Source: Candidatus Omnitrophota bacterium
Lineage (GTDB): Bacteria; Omnitrophota; Gorgyraeia; 2-01-FULL-45-10
Length of the DNA stretch: 64,000 nucleotides
NCBI GenBank assembly: GCA_041663425.1
Contig: JBAYMS010000002.1
Location: forward strand, 2,076 to 66,075
Direction: 5' to 3'
Shown piece after piece: positions 1-9,200 of the stretch. How positions within the stretch are numbered: the stretch's first letter is position 1; the number at the start of each line of letters is the position of its first letter. The notes under the pieces were generated by a model, which did no database searches, was not told the origin of the DNA, and saw only the letters and a program-made list of their open reading frames with translations. A program made the translations under genes and the position numbers.

Positions 1-188
1 ACAGGATGGAACTGCTCCCAAAAATGAAAGTCGACATAGTAGTGAACGATAAAGATGTGGATTCAATAATAAAAACTATAATAAAAGCCGCGAAAACCGG
101 AGAGGTAGGCGACGGGAAGATATTTATTTCGGATATACAGGATGCCGTACGCATACGGACAGGAGAGAAGGGCGAAACGGCTGTTTAA
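1..188 (+). CDS. Nitrogen regulatory protein P-II (GlnB/GlnK family), 5'-truncated by the window edge
   Basis: C-terminal 60 aa ...GDGKIFISDIQDAVRIRTGEKGETAV matches the canonical PII C-terminus (GDGKIFV...RIRTGE); the reading frame is open to the window start. Confidence 0.8.
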   Translation, partial: RMELLPKMKVDIVVNDKDVDSIIKTIIKAAKTGEVGDGKIFISDIQDAVRIRTGEKGETAV

Positions 189-197
189 AAAAAATAA

Positions 198-1640
198 GTG
201 GAGGTGTCCGTCGGTGGAGATAGCACCGGCGGACACAGCTTAATTTATATGCTCAATATAATATATTATGTGATTGGCATTATCATTACGGTATGGGCGT
301 CGTCTTTTCTGGGCCTTACAGCAAAGCAGCTAATAGCGATAGGCGGTTTTTCTTCCATATTTTTCGGCGCGATTTTTTTCTGGCGTCAGCGTCTCGTATT
401 TGCGTTTTTTGGCGTGGCTATGCTTTTAATGCTGGGCTTGCTTGACGTGCCACATGTGATTGAGTTCGCCGGCATTGATATCGTGCTTTTTCTGATAGCT
501 ATGATGATAGTGGTTGGGTTTTTAGAGGAAAAAGGATTTTTTGAGCATCTTGTAAATAAACTTATCAAGCTTGTGGGTATGAATGGGCATCTGCTCTTCA
601 TACTTTTAATGACATTGTCTTTTTTATCTGCAGCTCTGGTGGATGAAGTAACATCTATATTATTTATGTCCGCCGCAGTTCTGAATCTTACATCACGTTA
701 TAAGTTAAACCCTGTGCCTTTTATTATAATGATAGTGTTCGCGACGAACGTAGGTTCCAGTGCGACTGTGATAGGTAATCCTGTCGGGGTGATTATAGCA
801 CTTCGGAGCGGGCTTGGGTTTATGGAATTTTTGCGATGGGCGGCACCTGTTTCTCTCGTGGCTTTTGCCGTTACAGTAGGACTTTTCTACATATACTATT
901 CCAAATATATCAGTCAGTTTAATAAAGCTTTCCGTTCTCATAAAGAAGAAGTTGCTGCTAGAAATATTGTGCCGGAAAATACGGCTATGCCAAAAGATGC
1001 TGTTTTGGCCGGACTTCTTTTTGGTTGCATAATACTGGGGCTCGTTTTTCATGCCGGCATTGAACATTTTTTCAACCTCGAAAAAAATACAATGCTGCTT
1101 GGCAGTGCACTCTTGGGCGCGACTGGCGCTCTTGCTCTCAGTAAAGAAGAGGCGCGTAATTTAGTGGAAAAACGTATTGACTGGTGGACGCTTGCCTTTT
1201 TCCTGTTCCTTTTCGCGTCTGTAGGTACATTGAGTTACCAGGGCATAACAGGAGTGGTAGCTGACAAGATAATGAAAATTTCCGGGAACAATTTACCTAT
1301 GTTAGTAGGTATATTTGTATGGGCATCAGGAGCGCTCACTTCGGTTATAGATAATGTTCTTGCTGTATCTACTTTTGTTCCTATCGTTAAGGATATCGCG
1401 TCTGCCGGCGTTCCGGTATTTCCTCTATGGTGGGCGATATTATTCGGCTCCACAATACTCGGTAATCTAACAATAATAGGCAGTACTGCCAATATGGTGG
1501 CTGTAGGCGTTATGGAGAGGCGTAAATTGGGGCATATAAATTTTATGGAATGGTTAAAGGCCGGGGTAGTTGTGGCCATACCATCCCTTGTTGTTGCGCA
1601 CCTTTTAATTCTTGCACAGGTAAAATGGATGATCAAATAA
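198..1640 (+). CDS. ArsB/NhaD/CitMHS-superfamily ion permease (polytopic membrane protein)
   Basis: 480 aa, about 12 predicted TM helices with a central hydrophilic loop, typical of ArsB/NhaD-type anion/cation permeases; GTG start 10 nt after the PII stop, with an alternative in-frame ATG at 249. Confidence 0.55.
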   Translation: MEVSVGGDSTGGHSLIYMLNIIYYVIGIIITVWASSFLGLTAKQLIAIGGFSSIFFGAIFFWRQRLVFAFFGVAMLLMLGLLDVPHVIEFAGIDIVLFLIAMMIVVGFLEEKGFFEHLVNKLIKLVGMNGHLLFILLMTLSFLSAALVDEVTSILFMSAAVLNLTSRYKLNPVPFIIMIVFATNVGSSATVIGNPVGVIIALRSGLGFMEFLRWAAPVSLVAFAVTVGLFYIYYSKYISQFNKAFRSHKEEVAARNIVPENTAMPKDAVLAGLLFGCIILGLVFHAGIEHFFNLEKNTMLLGSALLGATGALALSKEEARNLVEKRIDWWTLAFFLFLFASVGTLSYQGITGVVADKIMKISGNNLPMLVGIFVWASGALTSVIDNVLAVSTFVPIVKDIASAGVPVFPLWWAILFGSTILGNLTIIGSTANMVAVGVMERRKLGHINFMEWLKAGVVVAIPSLVVAHLLILAQVKWMIK

Positions 1641-1643
1641 ATT

Positions 1644-2372
1644 ATGCCGGGGAATATATTAATCATAAAACATATGGAAATTGAGGGCGCAGGCACTATC
1701 GAGCGTTTTTTTCAGAATAGTAAGTGGCAGCTTGCGGTGCTCGATTTCACTGCTGGAGGTTTTCCGCCTGATGATTTGAGTGATATTAAAGCTATAATAT
1801 CTATGGGAGGCCCTATGAATGTTTACGAAGAAGCCGATTATCCTTTTTTGAGAGACGAAGACATATTTCTGAAAAAAGCTATTCAGGAAGAGGTCCCCAT
1901 CCTCGGAATCTGCTTAGGTGCTCAATTACTGGCAAAGGCCTGTGGTGCGAAAGTGAGAAAAGCTCCGAAGAAAGAGATGGGGTGGAGTAAAATAAATTTA
2001 ACGTATGATGGAGAAAGGGATCAGTTTTTTGCCGGCTTGCCCACAGAGTTAGAAGTGTTTCAATGGCATGAAGATACTTTCGATATTCCGAAAGGCGCGG
2101 TGAGCCTGGCTAATTCTGAATACTGTTGTAATCAGGCGTTCAGGTTCGGTAAAAATGCTTATGGATTGCAATTTCATATAGAAGTTACACCGGATATAAT
2201 TGGATCATGGATAAATGAATATGTTAAAGAAGAAAAAGAGCGCCATAGTATGAAGGACGTGTTGATAGAGGCATATAAAAAAAGAGAGGTATTTGAAAAA
2301 CAAGCTAATATGGTATATTTAAATTTTGCAAAGATCATTACAGGCTATGCGTGTGCCTTTTCAGGAAAGTAA
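1644..2372 (+). CDS. Class I glutamine amidotransferase-like protein (GATase1 domain)
   Basis: GICLGAQLLAKACGAKV nucleophile-elbow cysteine motif plus a downstream His/Glu-like segment (GLQFHIE); 242 aa. Confidence 0.7.
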   Translation: MPGNILIIKHMEIEGAGTIERFFQNSKWQLAVLDFTAGGFPPDDLSDIKAIISMGGPMNVYEEADYPFLRDEDIFLKKAIQEEVPILGICLGAQLLAKACGAKVRKAPKKEMGWSKINLTYDGERDQFFAGLPTELEVFQWHEDTFDIPKGAVSLANSEYCCNQAFRFGKNAYGLQFHIEVTPDIIGSWINEYVKEEKERHSMKDVLIEAYKKREVFEKQANMVYLNFAKIITGYACAFSGK

Positions 2373-2401
2373 TTGACAGGCATAATCGTGAATGGTATAT
2401 G
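2373..2401 (+). promoter_or_regulatory. Putative sigma70 promoter (TTGACA-17-TATATG) driving the riboswitch leader
   Basis: TTGACA at 2373-2378, 17-nt spacer, TATATG at 2396-2401. Confidence 0.3.
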
Positions 2402-2411
2402 TAATATATAA

Positions 2412-2520
2412 CTTTGGCAGGGAATTCGGTGAGAACCCGAAACTGTACCCGCAACTGTATGCAGGCATGTAATGTGACCTGTGAGTCAGAACGCGAAGTC
2501 CTCCGGGAATAGAGGTGCTA
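2412..2520 (+). promoter_or_regulatory. Cobalamin (B12) riboswitch-like leader
   Basis: GGGAAttcGGTGagAAcCCgaaaCtGtaCCCGCAACTGTA matches the conserved Cbl-riboswitch core (GGGAA..GGUG.AA..CC...CCCGCAACUGUA); a downstream GAGTCAGAA...CCTCC is a B12-box-like element; it sits 5' of nrdDG, a known Cbl-riboswitch regulon. Confidence 0.6.
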
Positions 2521-2548
2521 AAATAGTCTTAACAAGAAAGATTATTTG

Positions 2549-2584
2549 ACCCAATCTCTATAGAAGAGGTTGGGTTTTTTTATT
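2549..2584 (+). terminator. Intrinsic terminator hairpin (probable riboswitch expression platform)
   Basis: ACCCAATCTC-tatagaa-GAGGTTGGGT followed by TTTTTTTATTTT. Confidence 0.5.
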
Positions 2585-2642
2585 TTATGCGGCCTTAAAC
2601 AGCGTATGCGTATATGGGAGTAAATAAAAAGGAGGTTGATAA

Positions 2643-3395
2643 ATGTCACAAGTAAAGTTACATGTAAAGTTATTGGATTTTTCACAAAACGCTTTGTCTA
2701 TAATCTATGCAGCCTGCCGGCAATGTTATTCATCGGCTTTTGCCGGGCAGATATTTACTGAAGGTTTTAAAGACTCAGCTAAACAGGAAGAATTTGTCAG
2801 GCAGGTTGTTTCCTCGGGGCATGAAAGCCCGCTTGAGCATGTAAAATTTACCTTTGCTATCGAAGGAGTATCGAGAGCTCTTACGCATCAGCTTGTAAGG
2901 CATAGGGTAGCTTCGTATTCTCAGCAGAGCCAGAGGTATGTAAAAGAGACCGCTTTCGATTATATTATTCCGCCTTCTATAGAATCCGACGAAGAGATGA
3001 GACAGGAGTATGTTGGCGCTATGCGGAAAATCCAGGATAGTTATAACAACCTGCTGAAAATGTTTGAGAAAAAAGGAAGGAAGGGTGAGGCCGCAAACCA
3101 GGATACTCGGTTTGTCTTGCCGCAAGCGGTAGAGACAAAGATAGTCGTGACTATGAACTGCAGGGAATTAAAACATTTCTTTGAGGAACGCTGCTGCACC
3201 CGTGCGCAATGGGAGATTAGATCTCTGGCGGAGGAGATGCTCACGATATGCAAGAAGGAGCTGCCCGCTGTGTTTGATAATTCGGGCGCAAAATGCGTCG
3301 GATTGGGTTATTGTCCGGAAGGCGCAAAATTTACATGTAAAAAATATCCATTAAAAGAAGAAGCTCTTGGAGGTAAGTATGCCGATACTCGCTGA
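2643..3395 (+). CDS. thyX: Flavin-dependent thymidylate synthase ThyX
   Basis: ThyX signature RHRxxSxxxxSxRY (HQLVRHRVASYSQQSQRYV); 250 aa; AAAGGAGG RBS 7 nt upstream. Confidence 0.85.
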   Translation: MSQVKLHVKLLDFSQNALSIIYAACRQCYSSAFAGQIFTEGFKDSAKQEEFVRQVVSSGHESPLEHVKFTFAIEGVSRALTHQLVRHRVASYSQQSQRYVKETAFDYIIPPSIESDEEMRQEYVGAMRKIQDSYNNLLKMFEKKGRKGEAANQDTRFVLPQAVETKIVVTMNCRELKHFFEERCCTRAQWEIRSLAEEMLTICKKELPAVFDNSGAKCVGLGYCPEGAKFTCKKYPLKEEALGGKYADTR

Positions 3396-5487
3396 AAATA
3401 TGTTTAAGAAAATAGTAAAAAGGGACGGCTCTGAAGAAGAATTTGATTCCGGGAAGATTGTAAATGCTATAAATAAAGCAGGAATTGCAGCGGGTGAGTT
3501 TGGCATTGAGACTGCTGAAAAGCTGGCGGACAAGGTTTTAAATACAGCTTTTCAGTTTGCCGTTAACGATAATCCGTCGGTCGAGGTAATACAGGATATT
3601 GTGGAAGAAGTGCTTATAGCTTCACCATATAAAAAAGCCGCTAAGGCGTTTATTTTATACAGGGATGAACATGCCCGGATACGGGAAATTACATCGAAGT
3701 TTAATGTTAATCTTGTAGATCAATATATCAATAATATGGATTGGCAGGTAAAAGAGAACAGTAATATGGGATTTTCCCTACAGGGGCTTAATAATTATCT
3801 TTCTTCGGAAGTGAGTAAGATATACTGGCTTAACAAAATTTATACCAGCAATATTAAGGAAGCCCATTTAAGCGGAGATTTTCATATTCACGATCTCGGT
3901 ATTTTAAGTGCATATTGCGTAGGTTGGGATCTCCAGGATTTGCTTGTTACCGGATTTAAAGGTGTGAGGGGTAAGTCGGAAGCGAAACCGGCAAAACATC
4001 TGCGGACTGCGTTAGGGCAGATAGTGAATTTTTTCTATACGCTTCAGGGGGAGGCAGCAGGCGCTCAGGCCTTTTCGAATTTTGATACATTATTGGCTCC
4101 GTTCATATATTACGATAATTTAGATTACAAAGCCGTAAAGCAGGCGCTTCAGGAATTTCTCTTTAACGTGAATGTTCCTACGCGCGTAGGGTTTCAGACG
4201 CCTTTTACGAATATTACATTAGACCTGACAGTTCCTTCGTATTTTAAAGATCAGGGTGTGATAATAGGCGGTGAAGCGCAGTCCCGGACATATAAAGAGT
4301 TTGCGAAAGAAATGGATATGTTTAACAGGGCGTTTCTTGAAGTGATGTTGGCCGGTGACGCGAAAGGCCGGGTATTTACTTTTCCAATCCCTACCTACAA
4401 CATATCGAAAGATTTTGATTGGGACAATCCTAACCTGTCTCTCTTGTGGGAAGTGACCGCTAAGTACGGCATACCTTATTTTGCGAACTTTGTTAACTCT
4501 GATATGAATCCCGAAGACGCCCGCAGTATGTGCTGTCGTTTGCGTATAGATAACCGTGAGTTGCGCAAGCGCGGAGGGGGATTGTTCGGTTCTTCACCGT
4601 TAACAGGTTCGATAGGTGTGGTGACAATAAATATGCCCCGCCTCGGTTATCTGTCCAAAAGCGAAGATGAATTTTTCGCCCGGCTGGATCGGCTTATGCG
4701 CATGGCGAAAGCAAGCCTAAGGATTAAAAGGAAAGTGCTGGAGCAATTGACGGCGAACGACCTTTATCCGTACGTTAAATTCTACCTTAGAAATGTCCAC
4801 CAGCGTTTTGGCGAATATTGGAAAAATCATTTTTCAACAATAGGCCTTACGGGTATGAATGAGGCCTGCCTCAATTTTTTAGGTGAAGATATAGGCTCGC
4901 GCCGTGGTAAAGAGTTTGCCTTAAAAGTTATGGATTTTATGAGGGATAAACTTGTTGAATTTCAAAAAGAAACGGGGGACAATTACAATCTTGAAGCTAC
5001 ACCTGCCGAAGGCACGTCGTATAGGCTTGCCAAACTCGATAAAGAAAGATATCCGGGCATCATAGACGCTAATAATCTTAAAACGGATATTAAGAAAACG
5101 TCATTTTACACGAACTCAACCCAGCTTCCGGTAAACTATACAGACGATCTTTTTAAATTACTAGATCTGCAGGATGAGCTTCAGACAAAATATACCGGCG
5201 GAACAGTCCAGCATCTTTTTATCGGCGAAAGGATAAGCGATACGGATGCGCTTAAAAGCCTGATTAAGAAAATATGTACAAAATTTCATCTGCCGTATTT
5301 TTCGATTACACCGACCTTCAGCGTTTGCCCATCCTGCGGCTATATGGCCGGCGAAGTGCAGATATGCCCTACCTGCAAAAGTGTGTGCGAAGTGTATTCG
5401 AGGGTCGTGGGGTATCTACGCCCGGTAGTCCAATGGAACGACGGTAAACAGGCAGAATTCAGTATGAGGAAGACGTTGAAAATATGA
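3367..5487 (+). CDS. nrdD: Anaerobic ribonucleoside-triphosphate reductase (class III RNR)
   Basis: 706 aa; C-terminal glycyl-radical region and CPSCG...CPTC zinc ribbon; overlaps thyX by 29 nt and is followed by its activase. Confidence 0.9.
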   Translation: MEVSMPILAENMFKKIVKRDGSEEEFDSGKIVNAINKAGIAAGEFGIETAEKLADKVLNTAFQFAVNDNPSVEVIQDIVEEVLIASPYKKAAKAFILYRDEHARIREITSKFNVNLVDQYINNMDWQVKENSNMGFSLQGLNNYLSSEVSKIYWLNKIYTSNIKEAHLSGDFHIHDLGILSAYCVGWDLQDLLVTGFKGVRGKSEAKPAKHLRTALGQIVNFFYTLQGEAAGAQAFSNFDTLLAPFIYYDNLDYKAVKQALQEFLFNVNVPTRVGFQTPFTNITLDLTVPSYFKDQGVIIGGEAQSRTYKEFAKEMDMFNRAFLEVMLAGDAKGRVFTFPIPTYNISKDFDWDNPNLSLLWEVTAKYGIPYFANFVNSDMNPEDARSMCCRLRIDNRELRKRGGGLFGSSPLTGSIGVVTINMPRLGYLSKSEDEFFARLDRLMRMAKASLRIKRKVLEQLTANDLYPYVKFYLRNVHQRFGEYWKNHFSTIGLTGMNEACLNFLGEDIGSRRGKEFALKVMDFMRDKLVEFQKETGDNYNLEATPAEGTSYRLAKLDKERYPGIIDANNLKTDIKKTSFYTNSTQLPVNYTDDLFKLLDLQDELQTKYTGGTVQHLFIGERISDTDALKSLIKKICTKFHLPYFSITPTFSVCPSCGYMAGEVQICPTCKSVCEVYSRVVGYLRPVVQWNDGKQAEFSMRKTLKI

Positions 5488-6086
5488 AAATAGGAGGTTT
5501 GCAGAAACTTTCGCTTATAGACTATCCGGGAAAGACGTGCGCGGTGATATTCACTCAAGGATGTAATTTCCGGTGTAGTTATTGCCATAATCCAGAACTT
5601 GTCTATCCGGAACTTTTTGCCGAGCCGATTTCCTTTGAACATACGTATGAATTCCTTAAAGCGAAATCTGGGTTATTGGATGGAGTCGTTTTTTCCGGAG
5701 GAGAGCCGACTCTGCACGGAGATCTTATTGAAAGAATCAGAGATATCCGTTCTTTAGGATATGCCGTTAAACTTGATACAAATGGAAGCAACCCTGACGT
5801 TTTGTCTGAGGTATTGCCTTGTCTTGATTATGTTGCTATGGATATTAAGGCTCCTATGGGGAATAAATATACGAGTATTTGCGGTATGTCTGTCGATGAT
5901 TATGATATACGTGTGAGCATGCTTTTAATAAAGGCATCAGGAATTCAGCATGAGTTCAGGACGACGTTTGACAGAAAATTATTGGAAAATACAGATATTG
6001 CAAAGATTAAGAGTTTGGCAGGCGGCTCAAAATTTAATTTGCAAGAATGTTTAAGTCTAAAAAAATATCCGGGCCATACGACCTGA
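5484..6086 (+). CDS. nrdG: Anaerobic RNR activating protein (radical SAM)
   Basis: CNFRCSYCHNPE radical-SAM CxxxCxxC motif; 200 aa; start overlaps the nrdD stop by 4 nt. Confidence 0.85.
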   Translation: MKIGGLQKLSLIDYPGKTCAVIFTQGCNFRCSYCHNPELVYPELFAEPISFEHTYEFLKAKSGLLDGVVFSGGEPTLHGDLIERIRDIRSLGYAVKLDTNGSNPDVLSEVLPCLDYVAMDIKAPMGNKYTSICGMSVDDYDIRVSMLLIKASGIQHEFRTTFDRKLLENTDIAKIKSLAGGSKFNLQECLSLKKYPGHTT

Positions 6087-6202
6087 AATTTTATGCCAAT
6101 AGTTCCCTGTAAGTATTTCAAAAAGTCAGTTAATTCTATATTGTCTTTATTTTATTTATGCTAGACTAAATTATATCTCAAAGTTTCAGTATAAAATTTT
6201 TA

Positions 6203-6233
6203 TGCTTGGCACTAAAAAGCCGAGCATTTTTTA
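6203..6233 (+). terminator. Putative intrinsic terminator after nrdG
   Basis: TGCTTGGC-actaaaaa-GCCGAGCA hairpin (one G-U pair) followed by TTTTTTATT. Confidence 0.4.
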
Positions 6234-6262
6234 TTAATAAGCAAATTTAAAAAGGATGAAAT

Positions 6263-9200
6263 GTGTCAAAAAGAAAAGTATTTTTAAGCATTACCGCATG
6301 CATACTTGTTTCGGTTTTTTCTTTTAATACCTGTTGCTATGGGTTGGCGACAGCGCCTGCTTCACAAAACTCTATTGTTAGAAGAGAAGTTCTCGCTGCT
6401 CTTGAACGAACTAATATAAGGATCGCCAAGTCGGCTGAGGAGCTGAGGCTTCTGTCGGCAAATGACGATGCAGCGGCGCTTTTGCTGTCGTCCGGTAAAA
6501 AGCTTATATCCGGTAATATTTTCGATAACGATTTAAAGCTTCTGCGGGCCATATGGCACGAAGAGATTGAAGCGATACTGCAGATCATGGCTAAAGAAGA
6601 CAGAAGTAAATACCAGGGCATGAAAGAACTGGTTTTAAATTATTTCCCTCCGGTAAAAAATAATAAGCTACCCGTAGAATTATATGTAAATCATAACATT
6701 GCTCTCGCTTTCGAATGGATGTTAATGGAGTATGCCGGGATACCAATAGATAATGAAATATCTCCCGAGGAAGAAGGATTCCTTAAGGCAATAAGGCCGA
6801 TAATAATGTCTAATAAGACCAGCTATTTCACATCCGAATTCTGGGATCCGGGTTTACGACGCGAGAAAATAAGAAGAGCAATCAATGACGGGATGGTGTT
6901 TTATCAGACGGCTGACAGCAGGGGTGATGAAAAACAGATAAAGCATTTTTTTACTCTCAGAGATGCTTTATTGGGCCAACTTTCGGCTGCGGCAGGGATA
7001 GCCTTTGATGCTGGTATAAATATGGATCCTGCCAAGCGCACAGATTGGATAAAAAGGGTTATAAAATGTTCTGCCTCAGTGCCTGCGGATAGTTATCTCA
7101 GGGGGCAATTTCTGTTCTATTTAGCATCAGGTATTGTAAAGCACGCCGATATTTTGCAAAACCCGGAAGAGCTGCTGCGCGAAACAATAAAAGCCGCAGG
7201 CGCTTCGACAAGTTACTACAGCAGGGATGACGTGTTATACAGAATAGCGCTATATGCATGCGAACAAAAAAGATTTGTCGAGGAAGCCCTGATGGCAGTA
7301 GGTCTGACTGGTAACGAGCATGACATATCTTTATACGAAAAGAGCAAGGTGCCGGTAAAAATTTTCATACAGCCGTATTGTTATGGTGATCTGGAAAACC
7401 GTATAAAGAAAATATTAACAGATACTTTGCATGAAGCCGATGAATCTGAATATACAGCTTATGCTGTATACGCTATAAGTTCTATTGGGTCGGTTATGGC
7501 TGAGAGAAAAGAGCTTGTAGAAGAAGCGCAGGGTGCTTTTAAACTAGCTGTCAAGAAAGCAAACTTGTCGAAGGGCTCTGAAAGAGTTATGCTGCTTGGT
7601 CATATTGCGTCTATTATGTATAGCTATGAGGAATTAAGGAGATCAGGGCGGGGGTTGTTTGATTTTGCAGTATCTGAAGCGCACAAAATTAAAGACGCGA
7701 ATGAAAGAGAGGTAGGCCTCTCCTACTTAGCCTATTATATGGCTAAGCATAAAGATCTTATAGGTGAGGCCGAGTCAATAGCGGTGTCGCTTAAGAGCAA
7801 AACGTGGCATGACAGTGCGTTGGAAAAAATTATCTTAGAAATGGTTGAAAATAAGGATTTGATAGATCGGGCTATTGCGCTGGCGAATTCTATCGAGGAT
7901 ATTGATAGTAGGGAATCTAAATTGGCTATTATTGCATCAAGGATAGCTGAGGATGCAGAATTTATAAATAAAGCTATAGCCATAGTCAAATCGATAAACA
8001 GGGGAATTTTCAGCCGGAACGGTGCAGTAAGTAAAATTATACCGAATGCGCTACAAGATAGAAGTTCGATTTTTGAAGTAATGGAGTTGATAAAATTAAT
8101 TAGAGATGATGATGCTAAGAAAGTTGAGGCGTTAAGGCATTTCGCAACTGCGGTAGCCGGGTATTCAGATTTAATAGCAGAAGAGAAGGCATTGCTCAGA
8201 GCTGCTGCAGAAATAGCTGATTCAATGAGTGATAACATCTCAAGCGCTAAAGCTATTACCTATATTGCCTCAGGCATGGCGCAACAAAAAAACCTTGAGA
8301 ATGAGGCTAAGGTGTTATTTGATAAAGCATTTAGCAAGGCGCAGTTAATAGAAGGTCCGTGGTTTAAGGCTCCAGTCCTGCGTGTAATTGCTTCGGAAAT
8401 GGTTAAGCATGCTTATCTCCGGGATCAGGCAGAGGCAGTGCTTATGATGGCAATAGACAGCGCCGATTCGGGCAGGGAAATAGATGGTCGTGAGGATTTG
8501 GGTGAAAATGCGGAATCGAGGAGCGTCGCTCTATATGAAATTGGTTTTAAAATGGCAGATTTTTTAAAAGATGAAGGAGCGGATCGTATACAGGGATTTT
8601 TAGAAGATGCAACCCAAGGCGCAATAAGCACAAATGGCGGGGTCCGCGCTGCGGACAAATTTAAACGAAGAATAAGAAAGAAGATGGATGAGCTGAATGG
8701 TGAGCCCGGATATCTTGCGACCGAAATAGCGGGGATTGCCTCAAAGATGGCTAAGGCAGGATTGGTTTCTGAGGCGCGTGTTGAGTTTGAGCATGCAATA
8801 GATATAGTCAGGAAGAATGCGGAAGATCTTGAGCGAAGCTATAGAAGTGAAGGTAGAAAGATAGATTGGCTGGATACGGGCGATGATGAATTCCTGGAAG
8901 AGAATAATCCATGGAGGTTGTTGAATGAAATCGCTGTAAAAATGGGAAGGTGCGAGGCTTTCAAAGAAGAAGCGATTGAGCTGGCAAGAACTATCGACGA
9001 TCCTTTCCAAAGGAAAATTGCATTAAAAATGTTGGGCGAAAGAGGTCTTGTTGAAGCAGATAAGCTGGACATAGCGTATGATACGAACTTTACTACTATT
9101 CTCACAATGGATCTTGCCTATGCTCAGTTTCAGGACGACAGGGTTTACGAAATAAAATATGATAAATCAAGGCTGTCTCTTTCTCAGGTTGCAATCATTG

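Noticed and set aside
7735-8238. Internal antisense ORFs inside large genes (e.g. 7735..8238, 38798..39328, 39779..40312, 46605..47444, 54465..55055)
   Set aside because: They lie wholly within long, motif-supported genes on the opposite strand. They are low-complexity Ser/Ala/Ile-rich translations with no RBS.
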